Shown piece by piece: positions 39,541 to 54,563 of a stretch of 64,000 nt of DNA (its first letter is position 1; each line of letters starts with the position of its first letter). The notes beneath the pieces were generated by a model. It was not told where the DNA came from. It searched no databases and was given only the letters and a program-made list of their open reading frames with translations. The DNA is from Lingula anatina (Eukaryota; Animalia; Brachiopoda), in contig CM120641.1 of assembly GCA_051362555.1 (NCBI GenBank), positions 10,726,001-10,790,000 of the forward strand. The letters are read 5' to 3'. The position numbers and the translations under genes are program-made.

Positions 39541-41025
39541 GATCAAGGTGAATTTTTCCCAGCACATCATCATCATGAAGGATTTTCAAGCAGAACTATC
39601 AAGGAATTAAAAATACTTGTGCATTTGTACCATGCAGTTTCTGATTTTCCTCTCCAGCTGTCAAATAAAATTCGATTTTCAAGCTTTTACCTTTATGGTG
39701 TTAAAATAGAAAGAGCAAGTTCTCTAAAATAAACCAGTAATCTTATCTTCCCAAAAACGAAGATCTAGGATTACAGAGTGAAGTAAGACGAGGCAAGAAC
39801 TTCAATGTGTAAATAATGATGTTTATTTCACAATGCAATGATGAAATGTATATATATTATGTACATTTATGAGATGTACCTTATATAGATGAATAGGTAA
39901 AAGAAATCTGGGTTTATAAAGCATTGCCAGGTTAACTTACTGATAAAGCTGTCCTTAAAAGAGGTACATAAAATGTGTCTGTAGAGAAAAAGCTTAAGCA
40001 CCTGTACACATACAAATATTGTGTACTTCTCTAAAATGCAACTTAAATATTTTCAAATCATGATATAATGTTGAATGAAAGAAACACATTCAATGTGCAT
40101 ATACACACTGCTCAATAATTCTAATAGCATGTACATCTTTCATTTACTCAATTTGTGTACTAAAAGTTAAATTCAATAATGAATATAAAAAGTTGATACA
40201 GTGGTACATGTTAGGAAATTCTTCTACAGCATGAAAAGGAAAATCATTTAGAGTAGAAAACAATTCCAGCCACGCATGCATTTAAATAAGCTTATTCAAC
40301 CACAGCATAACCAACTTGTATAAAAAAATATTCAAATACTCAGTAGTCCATGGATATGTACAACAAGTGTTGATATGCATGTGTAACTGGTCTCGACAAT
40401 GATACCTCTCATGATGTATCACCTCTTTGCATAGATCTCTAGTTATTTTGATGTGTGCTTTTTAAAACAATCACAGTTCTTTTCAATTCTAATAGAACAG
40501 TTACTTTAATGGCAATGCTATGTAGCCTCTCCCCTCCATTTCTTACATTTCAGTTAAGCTATATTGTCTAAGTTTACTTGCTGAGTTGTCTTCTTTTATC
40601 ACATAAGTAGTGTACAGTCAGACTCAAAATACTACCTCTATACTACATATGTTGATTTTAAAATAAGATATGTAATGTTCGTGTCTGTACAGTTTGAATG
40701 AAAAACATGACTCTGTCAACTTTGTATTTACCACCTCTGTGCTACTGCATGTAGTTTGCAGTATGAACATGAAATGGAAAATAAAACATCTTACATCAAT
40801 TTATATAAATATATGCCTTTTTCAAAATACATTGATATTACTGCTTGATGTAGACATGAATCCAGCTTCATCTGTGACAGATCCTTCATGACTACAAGTC
40901 CTTGAGATCATTGTGCAAAGTTTTGTTAATTAGTTCATTAAAAAATTTGTTCAGAAACCCATGGCACTTTAGGAATACTTTATCAAAATAGGACCAGCCT
41001 TTTTTGTGCCAGAATGCAGCCAATA

Positions 41026-44000
41026 CTATACAAATGATGAAAAGCCAGGTAATGGTGCCCGAGAACCTGCCATATTGTTCATAATTATATGACCTCCATT
41101 TAGACTCATTGCATAATGGCTACTTTCTTGTTCACTGTCTGTGTAACTGTAGGCTTTACTGTTGGATTTCTGTCTCTTCCATGACTGTCTAACAGGATCA
41201 TTGACATAAGGATTAGCTGTCATGAAACTGGAGGACTGGTGTGGCTGAGGGGCCGCCGCCTGGCTTCCCTTCTCACTAGGTGGCTCACTGTCACTCTCCT
41301 GGAGAGGAAAATTAACATTATGTAATTTTTCGGTTTTTATTTTGCAAAAATGACAAAGATAAAAAACACTGGTTTATGAACCTGATATTCTTGAAATCAT
41401 TGGTCTTTTATGTTTTATTTAAACCTGGATGAGAGGTAGGAAAGCTCAGAACTACTGAAGACACGCATAATATCTAGATGAAATTTGTCTGTCTAATAAG
41501 GATTAATTATTTAAGTATTAGGTTAATATTATTATAAAAAGTTGTATAATAGAATAATTAAATAATATATTATTTTTACTTTATTGAACTAATCACAAAT
41601 AACCTCTGGTCATAAAATGAAAATAAAAACAACCCTTTGTAATCATTACCACCAAAATAACAACATACATAATATATAAACCAAATAAAACTTTGTCATT
41701 CCAAAATTTCCTGAAAATGTACAAAAATGAAAAATATATACTTGTAAATGTCTTTTGTTTTAATAAAAGTATGCTATATCTTGTTCTATATTCAAAAAAG
41801 TCCTGTTCCAATATAAACCAATGAAGAAAAATCCAAAAGTTCCCATAAAAATTGTACTCTCTCCATTATGATTGTTTCCTAGCCATATGTCCCAAACTAT
41901 AAAGGCACATATTCTTTGAATAACTGTCATGCATTCACTCACTCTGGTCACTCAGACCAAATGTATTTTGGATGTACTGGGTCCAGGGCGACTGTGCCAA
42001 TATTCCCTCTGGTCACTTGACTCACTGCTACTACTTGACATTTGTAGCTCTAACTGTATACATATTATATATAATTATTTCTATAAACCATGAACCCACT
42101 TCCATTCATAAGGCATCTTCTGATTTACTTAGCATTTTCAAAGCATGCAGCTTAAAACAATAGTTCTTCAAAGTTACATCCATGCGTGCCCATTTCGCCT
42201 CGCTTTGTTCATCTGTCTCTTTTAAACAAAGACTTGAAATATAATCTGAAACAGCATGTTCAATAACAGATTCCCATGCAGAAAGAAATTCTTTTAAACA
42301 CCAAGCTGCTTTCATAATTCACTGCAGCTGTAATCTGTCTCATTTCCAGTGGAACATGTGTCAAACAATCTGATGCCTCAGGTGTCCCCCAATACTACAA
42401 AGTAAATGCTACACAACAGAAATGAATGCAAGAATATTCATTATCCACACCACTTGGCATGAAAAGAAAAAGATAAAAAGCTAACAAACAAATGCTTAAA
42501 TGATCTTAATTATTTCCTTTTTTTTCATGCACTACTGAAAACCAACTTACAATGAGACTAAAACTTATGTAAACCCCTGCTGCCATCATGTGTCTCTCCA
42601 CTAAACTCTATTCAAAAAGAAATTGTTAGTGATTTTTAAAAGCAGGTTAGAGGGGAGAATAACTAAGGGGTGGAGCCCCAGATATTTCCTGACAGCCTTC
42701 CAAATTTGATCCACCCTCCATTTTAGACCGTCTTTTGACAAAAAATTAGATGACTGTCAATGTAAACTTAAAATTTTCTAACCATTTTCCAGAAGACCCA
42801 GAAAATAGCTTCCATCTGGCCTTGTAACTAGATCAGAATCTCCACACATCTGCTAATAACAACCCATATAAATAAACCTGCTATCTTACTGCCACAACCA
42901 AAAACTTCAAAACCTGTGAACCCTTGCACCTCTCTGTCAGTGCTATGCTTAAAATCTCACAAAATATTTATTTGAATTGGACATTTCAAATTGACAGGTT
43001 GAGCTGGTACAATAATAGAGGACAAATAAGTAAGAACAGAAAAGAGACAACTACTCATTCCTTTATTTAAAAAAAATCAATTTTATAATGTTACATCTAC
43101 ATACAAATACATTCATGTTTATTTCATTCATTCATGTTATTAACAACTATATGTGAATACCATACCTGTGAGTCAGAGTCAAGATCAGATGGTTTTCCAG
43201 AGGTAGTGCTGCTGCCATCTTCATCATAGCCAGGAGGTTTAGACTCCTCGTCTGAATAGGTGACACTGGCTGGACTGGGACGAGGTGGAGATCTAAAAAT
43301 AAAAAAGAAAACAATATAATGTTGGCAATGATTGTATGCAAAGATAACCATTCTTCATCATTTACCAGATTTGATGCTAGATGTTTGAACCCTTTCTGCA
43401 TGCTCTTGGTTAACATTTAATGCCAAAGTAATGCATTAATATTTATTTGCTTATAATCATTGTATTACTTTCAAAAGCTATTGAATCAAGTTAATCATGT
43501 TGTCACCATGCTGAAACTGAAAGTAAGATCATACTGGAGAAGTTGGAGCCAAACATAAAAACTCAACATAAAAACTGAGAGAGCCCTTGAAATAAAATAA
43601 TAGATATCAATAAATAAACTAGTGGTCCCCATAACACACATACATAAACAGTAGAAGGATATATATATATTAAAGAATGAAGGAATTCTCATTATCAAAT
43701 TAATGGGAGAAATATTTCCATCAAATTATTTATAAATGATCATTCTCTAAAACAGTATCTGTGGGAAAAATCATTTATCATATTTAAAGGAAAAAATACA
43801 TCCATGCATATATATATATATATATTGGGAGATGCTTTTAGTCACTAACAGTTGCTCTGCAATTGATTCTGCAACATCCCTTATGGCAGCAGTAGAGCTG
43901 AAATACAGATATCAACTTCTAAGACAAAAAAAATCTGCACACAAATGTTCTCCAAAACTAATTATTGATTTATACTTGACTTTTACTCAGAGCTGAGAAT

Positions 44001-47000
44001 TCGGTGCACCTATGCATTTTCTATATATTTTGTACTAACAATTTCCCATATTTCAAATGTTGCTCATAACATGCTAAACAACAGGTCTCATTTTATGAAT
44101 AATAACTTATCATTATGTTCAATATTATATTTACACAGATGATCAATTAAAAAAAAACTGAATTATGTCAATCTAGCCAGACTTGTTTTCCAATACAACT
44201 TGTATTTTAGTCCTAAAATTCATTCATGAAGTTTAAGGATTACTAACACAGAAACCCTCAAACGGTTAAACACAAGACACAACCTGAAATACTATTGAAA
44301 TTTCACACAAATAAGAAGAGTATCCTCAACCTGATTCCATCTTTTGAATTTTTACCTGATATAATTATTTTTCTTTCCATTAGCCACACTCCTCTTGCTT
44401 CTCCTGATTGATTCCCGCATTTCAAATGAAGTGAATCCTCCATCATCATCCACTACACTGTGTGCCTCTTCTGATGGAGGCATAGTCACTGGGGTCATGA
44501 CCTTCATATTCGCTGGGAGAGGTTCTAGAAACAAAAATACATGCACGACTGAAAAAACAACTTACGATGAGATTAAAACTTCCATAAACCCCTGCTGCCA
44601 TTAAGTGTCTCTACACTAAATGCTATTTGGTACTTTCTCAGCAAATGACTTATTGTAAGTCAATTATTTAGGCTTCACACATAAATTTTTTCACTAACAA
44701 CAAATGCTATATTTCTGATAATAGATACAATTCTTTAACAATAGTGTTCATCTGGGCATCTCTGATTTTCTAGACAACTGTAACTTTTAAGTTTTTTTCA
44801 CCACAAAGCTATTATCAAGGCCGCTATCATTACAATAAAACAAGGGAAACTATTACTTTGTCCCATTTCTTTTCTTTCAAACTCTCACAGATACACGTAC
44901 CCTTATTTCTCTTAGCAGTACAGCAGAGTAAAGAGACCACAATGATGATAAGAATTAGTCCACAAAGGGCAACAATCACCAAGAACCACCACTGCTCATA
45001 GATCTTTTCCACGGCTGCAGAGGCAGGGCTGAGAGCAGGGGTCTGAAGAGGCTGGGACGGCAAACTGGGGTCACTGATACCATGGTCGTTCACAGCAATC
45101 ACACGGAACTGGTAGATGTTGTTAGGGCTGAGGTTGTCAAATGGAATTACAGCCACAGAGCCTGCAGAGTTCTTCCTCAAAATAGTTCTCCATGACCATT
45201 CTAAAAGCAAACAGATATCACTGATGTTTTCTTTATGCAGAAATACTCACACACACATCCCTTCTATTCTCCAGCATGAAGGGACCAAAATAAAGACTTT
45301 GATATAAATATAATTTCAAAGTCTGGCCATCTAATATCATCCGTGCAATGCTCTTCATATATAAGCAACTCCACTATCTCACCTGTAGGAGCCTTGGACT
45401 GGATAATATAGCCTTTAATGGCTGATGCCCCTTCAGCCCCATTTGTCCATTTTAAAGTCACAGATGTAGATGCATAGTCCAATTCCAAGTCTATAGGTGC
45501 AGCAGGAGAACCTGTAGTCAATTCAACAAAATAAAATATAACTATTGACTATATCTTTCATTTATTCTGTAGAGAAAAGACATTTTTCTTATCACTATTA
45601 AGCATCCAATCTTGACAGCCAAGAGAGAAATTCCAACTCATAAGATATAATCAACTGCATGTATGTACCAAAATGTTGAACTTGATTATCTAATTCACCT
45701 TGCTGACTGCCTGTGGTGATAGCCTTGGTACTAGATGGGCCATAACCCAAATCAGTCTTGGCTTTTACACTGAAGTTATATGTGACACCCTCCTCCAAGT
45801 CTCTGGCAAAGTAATATGTTGTTCTGCTATTTGTCTCTACTTGGACAGTTTTACTTGCACCTGAATACATAATTGGAAAAGCATTCTATGAATCAAACTT
45901 TACAATTTATTCAATCTTTGTAATGAAAGAAAATCTTCAGTTTTCACCCTTGTCATATCAGAGTAAAAAGGGACAAAATGGTTTTATTGTGCATGAAATT
46001 TCTCTTTTTATTTTCTAACATGTCAGTTGTCACATACCTATGTAAACAACCTCATAGTTAACAATCACTCCATTGGGTTCTTCTGGTGGAGTCCAGGTCA
46101 CATTGAGGGAATCCAGGGAAATGTTATGAAATGACAGCTCTCCAGGTTTCCCAGGAACTGTAACAAACATAAGTAAACACAATATAAATGACAGCAAATC
46201 TATTTCCCAAAAATGTGTAATAAAGTTCACTCCTGAAGTTCATTAGATCATCTATAATTAGTTTATGGAACTGCAAATGCTTAATATCACTTACTCTAGA
46301 TTTCAGTTAGGGAAAGAAAAACTTGTAAAGGAACATTCCCAATGCCAATACCTAGATGGACCTTTTGACTAGTACTACTTACTGCCTGCATTAGTTCTAG
46401 CTGAGGCAATGGTGCTGTTGGGTCCATCTCCAGCAGGGTTATAAGCTAATACACGGATATTGTACACAGTGTACATCTTTAAATCTTGCAGAGAGATTTC
46501 ATTGGCTGTTGCCTCTACCAGAGCTTTCTTTTCTGTCTCAGCCTGCTTTCCATCTTCCCAATAGAATATCTGAATTAAATTGGAACTCGTTGTCAAGCAC
46601 AGACCAATATAATTTACAACATCAGGGGTTGATGAAAATTCAGTGGATATCAAACTTAACATCAAACTAAAATATATCATTTATAAAAAATCTCAAGGAG
46701 TTTACCTCTGTAATTTTTTATCTTTTAATCTTTTCTTAATGGCACATGACAATATCACTAAAATCAATATAATTTAAAACAATTTAAGCATAAGACATAA
46801 AACATAGCAATAAATGCAGATTAAATAAGTTCACCTTGTATCCCTGTAGAGCTCCATTCTGCGAATCAACTGGTGGTGGTCTCCAACGCACCTGGATCGC
46901 AGTGGAACTTTTAGCCTCCAACAGTAGACTCTCTGGACTGGCTGTTGGAACTAATAGGCACAAGAAATTTAATCTTTAAGTCACATATTCTTCTAGAATT

Positions 47001-50000
47001 GTTATATGCAAAATCTAAACAGAAGTTATAAGTTAAATTTTGACAAAACAAAGCATTACATTCATAATGAGACATGCTGTTAGTTGACTATGTTGGACAG
47101 ACAAGTGTAAATAAAATGTGCTTGCCAAAGCATGTGCTCTTTAATATGCAATAAAAGACAAGACAGTCATTTACAGGGTTTAAACAATAACAGTAATGAA
47201 TACAAAAAGAGTTAGACACTAACAAAGATAGAAAGATACCTCATGCATGAAGAGTCACAATCAGGGATACCATATTTAAAGCAAAAATGAAGGCCGAAGG
47301 GGAATGATGAAAACGGAAATTGAAAGTGCACATTCAAAAGTCTTGCATGGAATTGACAGAACAATCTCCTGTTTTGCAATTTTCTGTTTTATGCCTCTGT
47401 ATTGAATATGGGGGAACATTTCAGTGCAGTGGGTTCACTGGTAGACAGGAAATTGTGTATCATTGGAAGAGCCATGAATTGTATGCACAGTGAAGCCAAA
47501 CCAGAATCACTCCATAAGTATAATAAAAAAAACCCACGGGTATCAAACAACATGCATATGGTACCCCTGTGTGGCATGAATTCTTACCAGCCTCCCCAAC
47601 AAAGCGAGTTTCAGGTTTGCTTAGAACCCCATCTCCTATGCTGTTATAAGCCAGAATCCTGAACTCATATGTCACTCCTTTGGTAAGATTGTACAGATAA
47701 GTAGTGACAGCAGGAAATTCTATTATCAGCTCTTGATATGATGGGTTATCAATTTGGCGATATTTTATCTTATATCCCACCAAGTCGCCATTCGTATTCC
47801 AAAGTTCTCTGGGAGGTGGCTACAAAAAGAATGGTGGGTTAGATGATGAGTAATTAAAGGTATTAAAAACGAACATAAATGTTTAGCCATGCATGTGGCT
47901 TCACAGCAACTACACCCCCGTGACAGAAGACTGCAGCCCCAGGTGTGGCTTCAAACAGAGCTGGAAACCAAAGTTAGTTAATATACAGACATGCTATGTT
48001 GATGGGCATGCACAAAGTCATATCATGGGACAATTCACTTTGGGATGCCTCACTGTTACATTTTATTTCAAAAACATGCTCTTTTTGTGTACTTGGAAGT
48101 TTTTTGTTCAGTAATCTAATATGGTTGACATTGACTTTGTTACAAGGTCCAACTTGCAGAATATCACTTACAAAAAATGAAATATCAAATAAATTTCATT
48201 TTTCTATGTGTAAAGAAGAAAAGAAGAATGTGGAAGATCCCATTATGAATTGTCCATTTAACATGACCTTGTCATGAGTCTTTCCATAGCCTACCAATTT
48301 CCATGTAGACAATCTGTGATGGACTCCATGGACCCTGGCCCAGGGCATTGGTAGCTGCTAATCTAAATTCATAGGTTTTAAACAACTCAAAGCCCTCCAA
48401 GGAGATTGAGTTCAAGTCTTTACTGAAGAGATTTTCAGACTGCCAGTTGTCCCACACGCCATATTTACGGTATTGTATGACATATCCTTGGAGAATGCCA
48501 TTCCAAAGATCAAAGCGTGGAGGCTAAAAATGCAACAACTTTAAAATTGAAATAGCAGTAAAATTACAGTAAAATTGTCAGTACAATGTCCAGAATAATA
48601 TAATACTCCTTCACCAGGACAGTCCTGGAAAGATAATTCAATGGCTTTTCAAAATTGCCAATTGCAGAGTAAAATACACACTATATTTTGTAAAAAGCTT
48701 AAACAATATACAGGCTAATACAAACAGATAAAACACCCCTTTTTCAGTCAAGTAAAAATCTGAAAGAAAAACAAGTTCTACATGGTCATATCAATATACC
48801 AATTAAATATAAAATTTCTGAGTAATGAACTTTACTTATAAAAGCTATTTAGAGCAATACAAATTATGTTTTTTCTTTGTGACTTACCTCCCACTGGACT
48901 TTGACAGAGGTGGTGGTATAGGGGGTGACTTTCAGATTCAGTGGGGCACCGTCAGGGGCTAAAATAAAAACAGATGTGGCACTAAAATTTACTCAACTGA
49001 TTTAGAGCTTTACTTTCATTTTCAAAAAAAAAAAAATTCAAAACTTCCTATTCTGTATATCTTAAAATTCATTTTTTTTTCAAATAACAAAATAAATACT
49101 ACCAACCTGCTTCCAGGGTTAGAATTGAGGCGGATGGACTGCTGAATTCACTGGTTCCTATGTCATTTGTGGCAGCAACACGGAAAATGTACCTTGAGCT
49201 TGGGCTAAGCCTAAAATTGAAGATTTTCTTCAGATGTCACATGCCTGTTATCCATCAATGTAAAAAGTTACTTTTGTTCTCATTTGATTTCAGTAATTAG
49301 ATCTCTAACCTACATCATATGCTCATCCCCAGGACTCTTTGATAAAGGTATAAATTCCTGATATGAAAAAAATTACTGTTATTTCTTGAAATGAAATAAA
49401 AGAATAAATATCTTACCCTCCTATAGTATGTGATGTATTAGTGTGGGGTACAAGTCCTGGAACAGTGACCCAAGTTTGGCCTTCTTTCTGGTACTGGATG
49501 GTAAAGTTTCTAATTGGTCCATACCAGTCAAAGCCTGGCTGCCAGCTGATGGTTACCTCACGTGCTTTGATCTGGGAATTACTGACCTGGACTGTAGAGG
49601 GGGCATCTGGTTTTTCTAGAAACCGAATTCAAACACAGGCGATAAGCTTCTATCATTATCATTATTACACATATTAAAATCAAATCAGACTCTGCACTTA
49701 GGGTTGGGCTCCCAATGTAGGATTTAAAATGGCATGAATTTTCATATTCTTACAAATAATCTGACAAGAACATTATTGAAAAGCAATTATCTGAATAAGA
49801 TAAAACACTTAATCATAAGAGACCTGAAAATTTAGAAATATACAGTGTATACTGACTTCTGTCTTTGATTGTCCTGACTTCAACAGTTTCAGAGTCACCC
49901 CAGCCCAGTCTTGTTTTTGCTGTCAAAGTGAACATGTAAGTCCTGCAAAAAAATGAAATTATTTAATTTGTGTCCAAAGCTATACAAAAAAAACTGTTTA

Positions 50001-53000
50001 AAAAAACTTTAGCACTTAAAAAAACTATAAAGAATGAAAACAATTTCTTTCTCAAAAGATTTTTTACTTCACTTTAAAAAGTTATAAAACACTTACTTTT
50101 CCCTTTCTAACTGATAGACAGTAAATTCATTGACACCAGCTGTTGTATAGTTTGTCTGGGATGGACCTCCTTCTTTCTTTTGGTATATCAGCCTATAGCC
50201 AGTGATGATTCCATTTGGTTCTAATGGTGGTGCCCAGACAACCTTGGCCGTGGAGAAGGTCACATCGGGGAAGTAGATGATGGTAGGCTTGCCAGGTACT
50301 GAAACAAAGATGTAGGGAATAAAACAACTGTCCTCGACTTTTAAGTTGAATTTTTCCCGCAATTTCCTTTATAGAAATCTAAATACTTTTAATTGTCATA
50401 TATTATCTCCAAATCTACTCATGTTGTCATTTTCAACTTCAAAAAAGACAAAAATTGACCTAAATCTATACATTCCATATCTTTAGAAGACTTAAGTTCT
50501 GGTATCTTTACATACCATCTTCATCCGTCCGTGTAGACTTGGGGGGTTTACTGAGAACACCATCTCCAATTCTAGTGTATGCCAGCACTTGAATCTTGTA
50601 CATGACATACTTCCTGAGGCCAGTGAGGACACACTGCTTGGTCATGTTCCCTTCCACTGTCAACATCTCTGGACTCAGACCTTCTTCTTGTGAACTATAC
50701 TGGACCTGTTTGAAACAACAATTTTTTACATTTTCTTTTTATGTAATTTTTTTCTAATTTCATTTTTAGAATACTGCACTCATTAACTGTTCCTTCACCT
50801 TTAATTTCCATAGCCAAGTGTTAGACAGTTTTTTTTCTTCTATTAGTATAATTCAATTCTGATGAAGGAGATCAAATCAAAAAATGGTCCAAAATTCAAT
50901 CATACTATACCAGGCTGACACAAACTTATTTCATTATTTAGCAAAACCAGAAGAAAATAATTTGCCCAGTGAAAACAAAATGTTTTGTCCAAAAATGTGT
51001 CAAATATTTTGCCAATTCACCACTATTTGACTCAATAATTTGATTTTACTGCAATGTTTCAGCTGTTTGACTGAAACAAATTTTGTGCAAGAACAAGCCT
51101 AGCTATATGTATAAAAATAGTCACCTTATAACCCAGGATGAGTCCATTTTGGCTCCTCATTGGCACATCCCCCCAGACAACTCTTATGGAGACTGAATCC
51201 ACTGCAGTTGCATTGACGTTTTGAGGACCAGCAGATGGCACTGAAATGTGAATCACATGTAAATAATGAGGTTTAAATACAAACAGTGAAACTACATTAC
51301 CATTTGCATTTATTGAATACTGAAAGATCACTTGAACCAAACTTGCCTGCCAGTTATTTTAATAATGATAAATAAACAATATTTGTGATTTACTGCTTTT
51401 TAAATTCTGCCCCTTATTTATCAATATAACTAACCAAAAACCGTTTTCTCTACATCCCCATTTGAAACAAGAACTTACCTGACTCCCATGTTTTGTCTTT
51501 GGCCAAAGGGTCACTGTAGGGTCCAAGATCTATTTCATTCCTGGCCTGCATACGCCCCTGGTATTCTGTGTACTCTTCCAACCCGACAATGGTGTAACTG
51601 TTCATGTTAATGTCATTGATATCTATCATTGAAAATGTTTGAGCGTTCTTGGCTTTGTACTCAATCCTGTATCCTTCTGGTGCCCCATTCCATTCACTGC
51701 TTGGCAGAGGCTACAAATAAAAAAAAAAAATAATAATAATAAATAAATAAACACTTTGCAGGTATTTATGTAAAAATGGATAAAATGGGGCAAGATGATG
51801 ATACACACATATAGAAATATTCATACATTTTCATTTCTTATCTTTGTATTTTTACAGAATGAATTTCTTAATAACCCAAATATTCCTTACTATAAACTGT
51901 TATTGTCAAATCAAGCTCACCTCTACCCACGTTTTCAAATAAATGACCACTTATGAATGTCACAGCTTTTAATACAATGTTCAACATAAATCTATTTTAA
52001 AAAAACTCACCATCCAGCTGACTCTGATAGCAGTTTCATTGACTGCCCTAACTGTGACATTCTTAGGTGCAGACTCTGGCCTGTCTTGCGTGGTTTGAAA
52101 TGCTCGGGTTGGATCACTTGGGGCACTTATACCAGCAACATTCTGAGCAATTATCCTTAGTCTGTAATATGTGTATGGTCGTAAGTTATGGACAACAAAT
52201 GATTTGGCATCTGGTGCACTGGTATTAAAGACATTCTTCCATGGGGTTTCAGGGTTAACAGAGGCCACAGCAGACCTTATCTGGGCTTCTATGATCCACT
52301 TAGTTATGGAGGTTTTGCCATCATATCCAGGTTCAAACTGGATTACAGCAGATCGGGAGAGTATGTTGGAAACCCCCACATTGGTTGGTGCATTAGGAGG
52401 CTCTGGAAAAAAAATCAACAGGTTTAACATTATATCACAAATCATAGAAAGCTACTTCTGAAATGAAACCTGGATCCAAAACACTCCTACTTGAGCATTT
52501 CAACGTAAGCAAATAAAATCCACACAACTTTTATGCACAGGATTTAAATATTTTCTAAAGACAATGTCTTATTTCACCACACTCTATATCAACCCTCAGT
52601 AAGTGCACTTTCTTATATTGTTAATAGGTAAAAATACCACACATTCCTCTCCCCTTGGCACTCACCTGGTGGCACCCCAGACTTGATATCTGCTGACCGT
52701 GCTGGACCAGGTCCCACTCTACTCCTGGCCATAACTTCAATAGTGTACACTGTCTCTGGGGTCAGACTGCCAATTTCATACTCCAGAATATCTGGGCCAA
52801 GATTCAACACCACTTGGGTTTCGGTTTGGTTCTTTACCATGTGGGTAAGCACATAACCTGAATAATATAAACAAAATATCTTTGTTATATATCCACTATG
52901 CATCATCTACATCTGTGAAATCTGTATCATTAAAGGTTTCAGGAGACTCACAATGCTTTTTCTACTGATATTGATCTGTACAACACCAACCTTGTAAAAT

Positions 53001-54515
53001 CCCATTAATATTGGCTGGTCTTGTCCACTGGCCTTTAATGGATGTATGCTGTACAACTGGAAATATCAGGCTTCCAACTTCGTCAGGAACTAAAAAGAGA
53101 GCAGACACACATTTTAAAACATATTACTCAGAATTCACGAATCCAATTGCTTGTTTATTCAGTCACGTCAGAAAGTGCATGTGGACAGAAAAGACAAAGT
53201 TCATCAAGTAAATTCATAAATCTCATTTTCTTTTCCCTTTAATGCCTGATTTGCACAAAATAATGTGCATGTGTCAATGAATTATTTTGACTCAACTTAA
53301 TATAGTGGAAGTCATTAAAAAATTTATATTTCAAAAATTCTCACCATCTTCTGCTGTTGTAACATTCAATGTTGAGCTGCGTGGACCATCCCCTTTGCTG
53401 GTATAGCAAAGCACTGACACTTTATACTCTGTGAATTTCTCAAGGTTTACAATATAGCCAGTCTGGGTACCATAGTAATTTGTTGGGTCAATGGGTACAT
53501 TAGTAATTTGTTCTCTAACATCATTCACTTTGCGATAGATCAACTTGAATCCCAAACTGATGCCATTCATAAATTGTGATCCCACAGGATCCCACTGTGC
53601 CCTGATACTGGTTGAATTGACGGCCTGGACTGAGAATGCTGATGGTGGTTGCCTAGGCACTCCTTCCTCTGTCCATACCTGAATGCTAGCACTATACTCC
53701 CCAACACCCTTATCGTTGAAAGCTGCCACACCGACATCATACTGCTGAAACACAAACACCCCCGGTCCAGTGACATCGTAGTAGAATGTGGTGGTTTCTG
53801 TGATAGGCCTATCAATGGTGTAGTTTCTGTAGTTCCAGGGGTTGGTATCGTAGCCAGCAAGCCTGAAACGGATGGTGAATCCTCGCAGCGGTCCGTTCCA
53901 GAAGTCCTCCTGTGGTGGCTGCCATTGTAAGAAGAAGGTATCGTTGGATTTGCTCCTGCCAAGGACACCTCTGGCTGGAGAACTGGGAGCTGTGAAGAGT
54001 GAAAGGTATGCTGTTTAACATTTGAAGTACAGTTTAGTGTACAAAAACCACTGAAATACATCACTTTTCCAAAGATCAGTCCTTTTTTGACAACAACAAC
54101 AATTGCAGCAAAACCAACTAAAAGTTACTTCGTGTTTTTTCCCCCTTTTTTAACCTGTTCTAAAGTTTTTAACATTTACAACTGTAACTGATTTGTTGCT
54201 AACATACGCTGCTGAGGTATGGTGACAGTTTCACTGGGATCGCTGTAGGGCCCTTCTCCAACTCTGTTGATGGCACTGACACGGAACTGGTAAACTTTGG
54301 CAGGCTGCAGGCCACTGACTGTGTAATAGATAGGGGAGGGTGCGGCAGGCACAGGGACATTGTCATCTGCTGTCGTCCAACCTTCACTGGGTGGAAGTGT
54401 GCTTCCTGGAAAAAGCAAAGAACATTTGTCAACAAAACTGGATAAAAAAAATCAGCCATATAATGTGCAAATGTCTTAGTACGTACGTACGTACGTACGC
54501 ACGCACACACACACA

Positions 54516-54563
<48 letters not shown>

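Noticed and set aside
47820-48294. Hidden exon encoding the N-terminal strands of a 14th FN3 domain
   Set aside because: The candidate acceptors examined (near 48165 and 47961) give a stop or non-FN3 sequence, with no P..P....W pattern.
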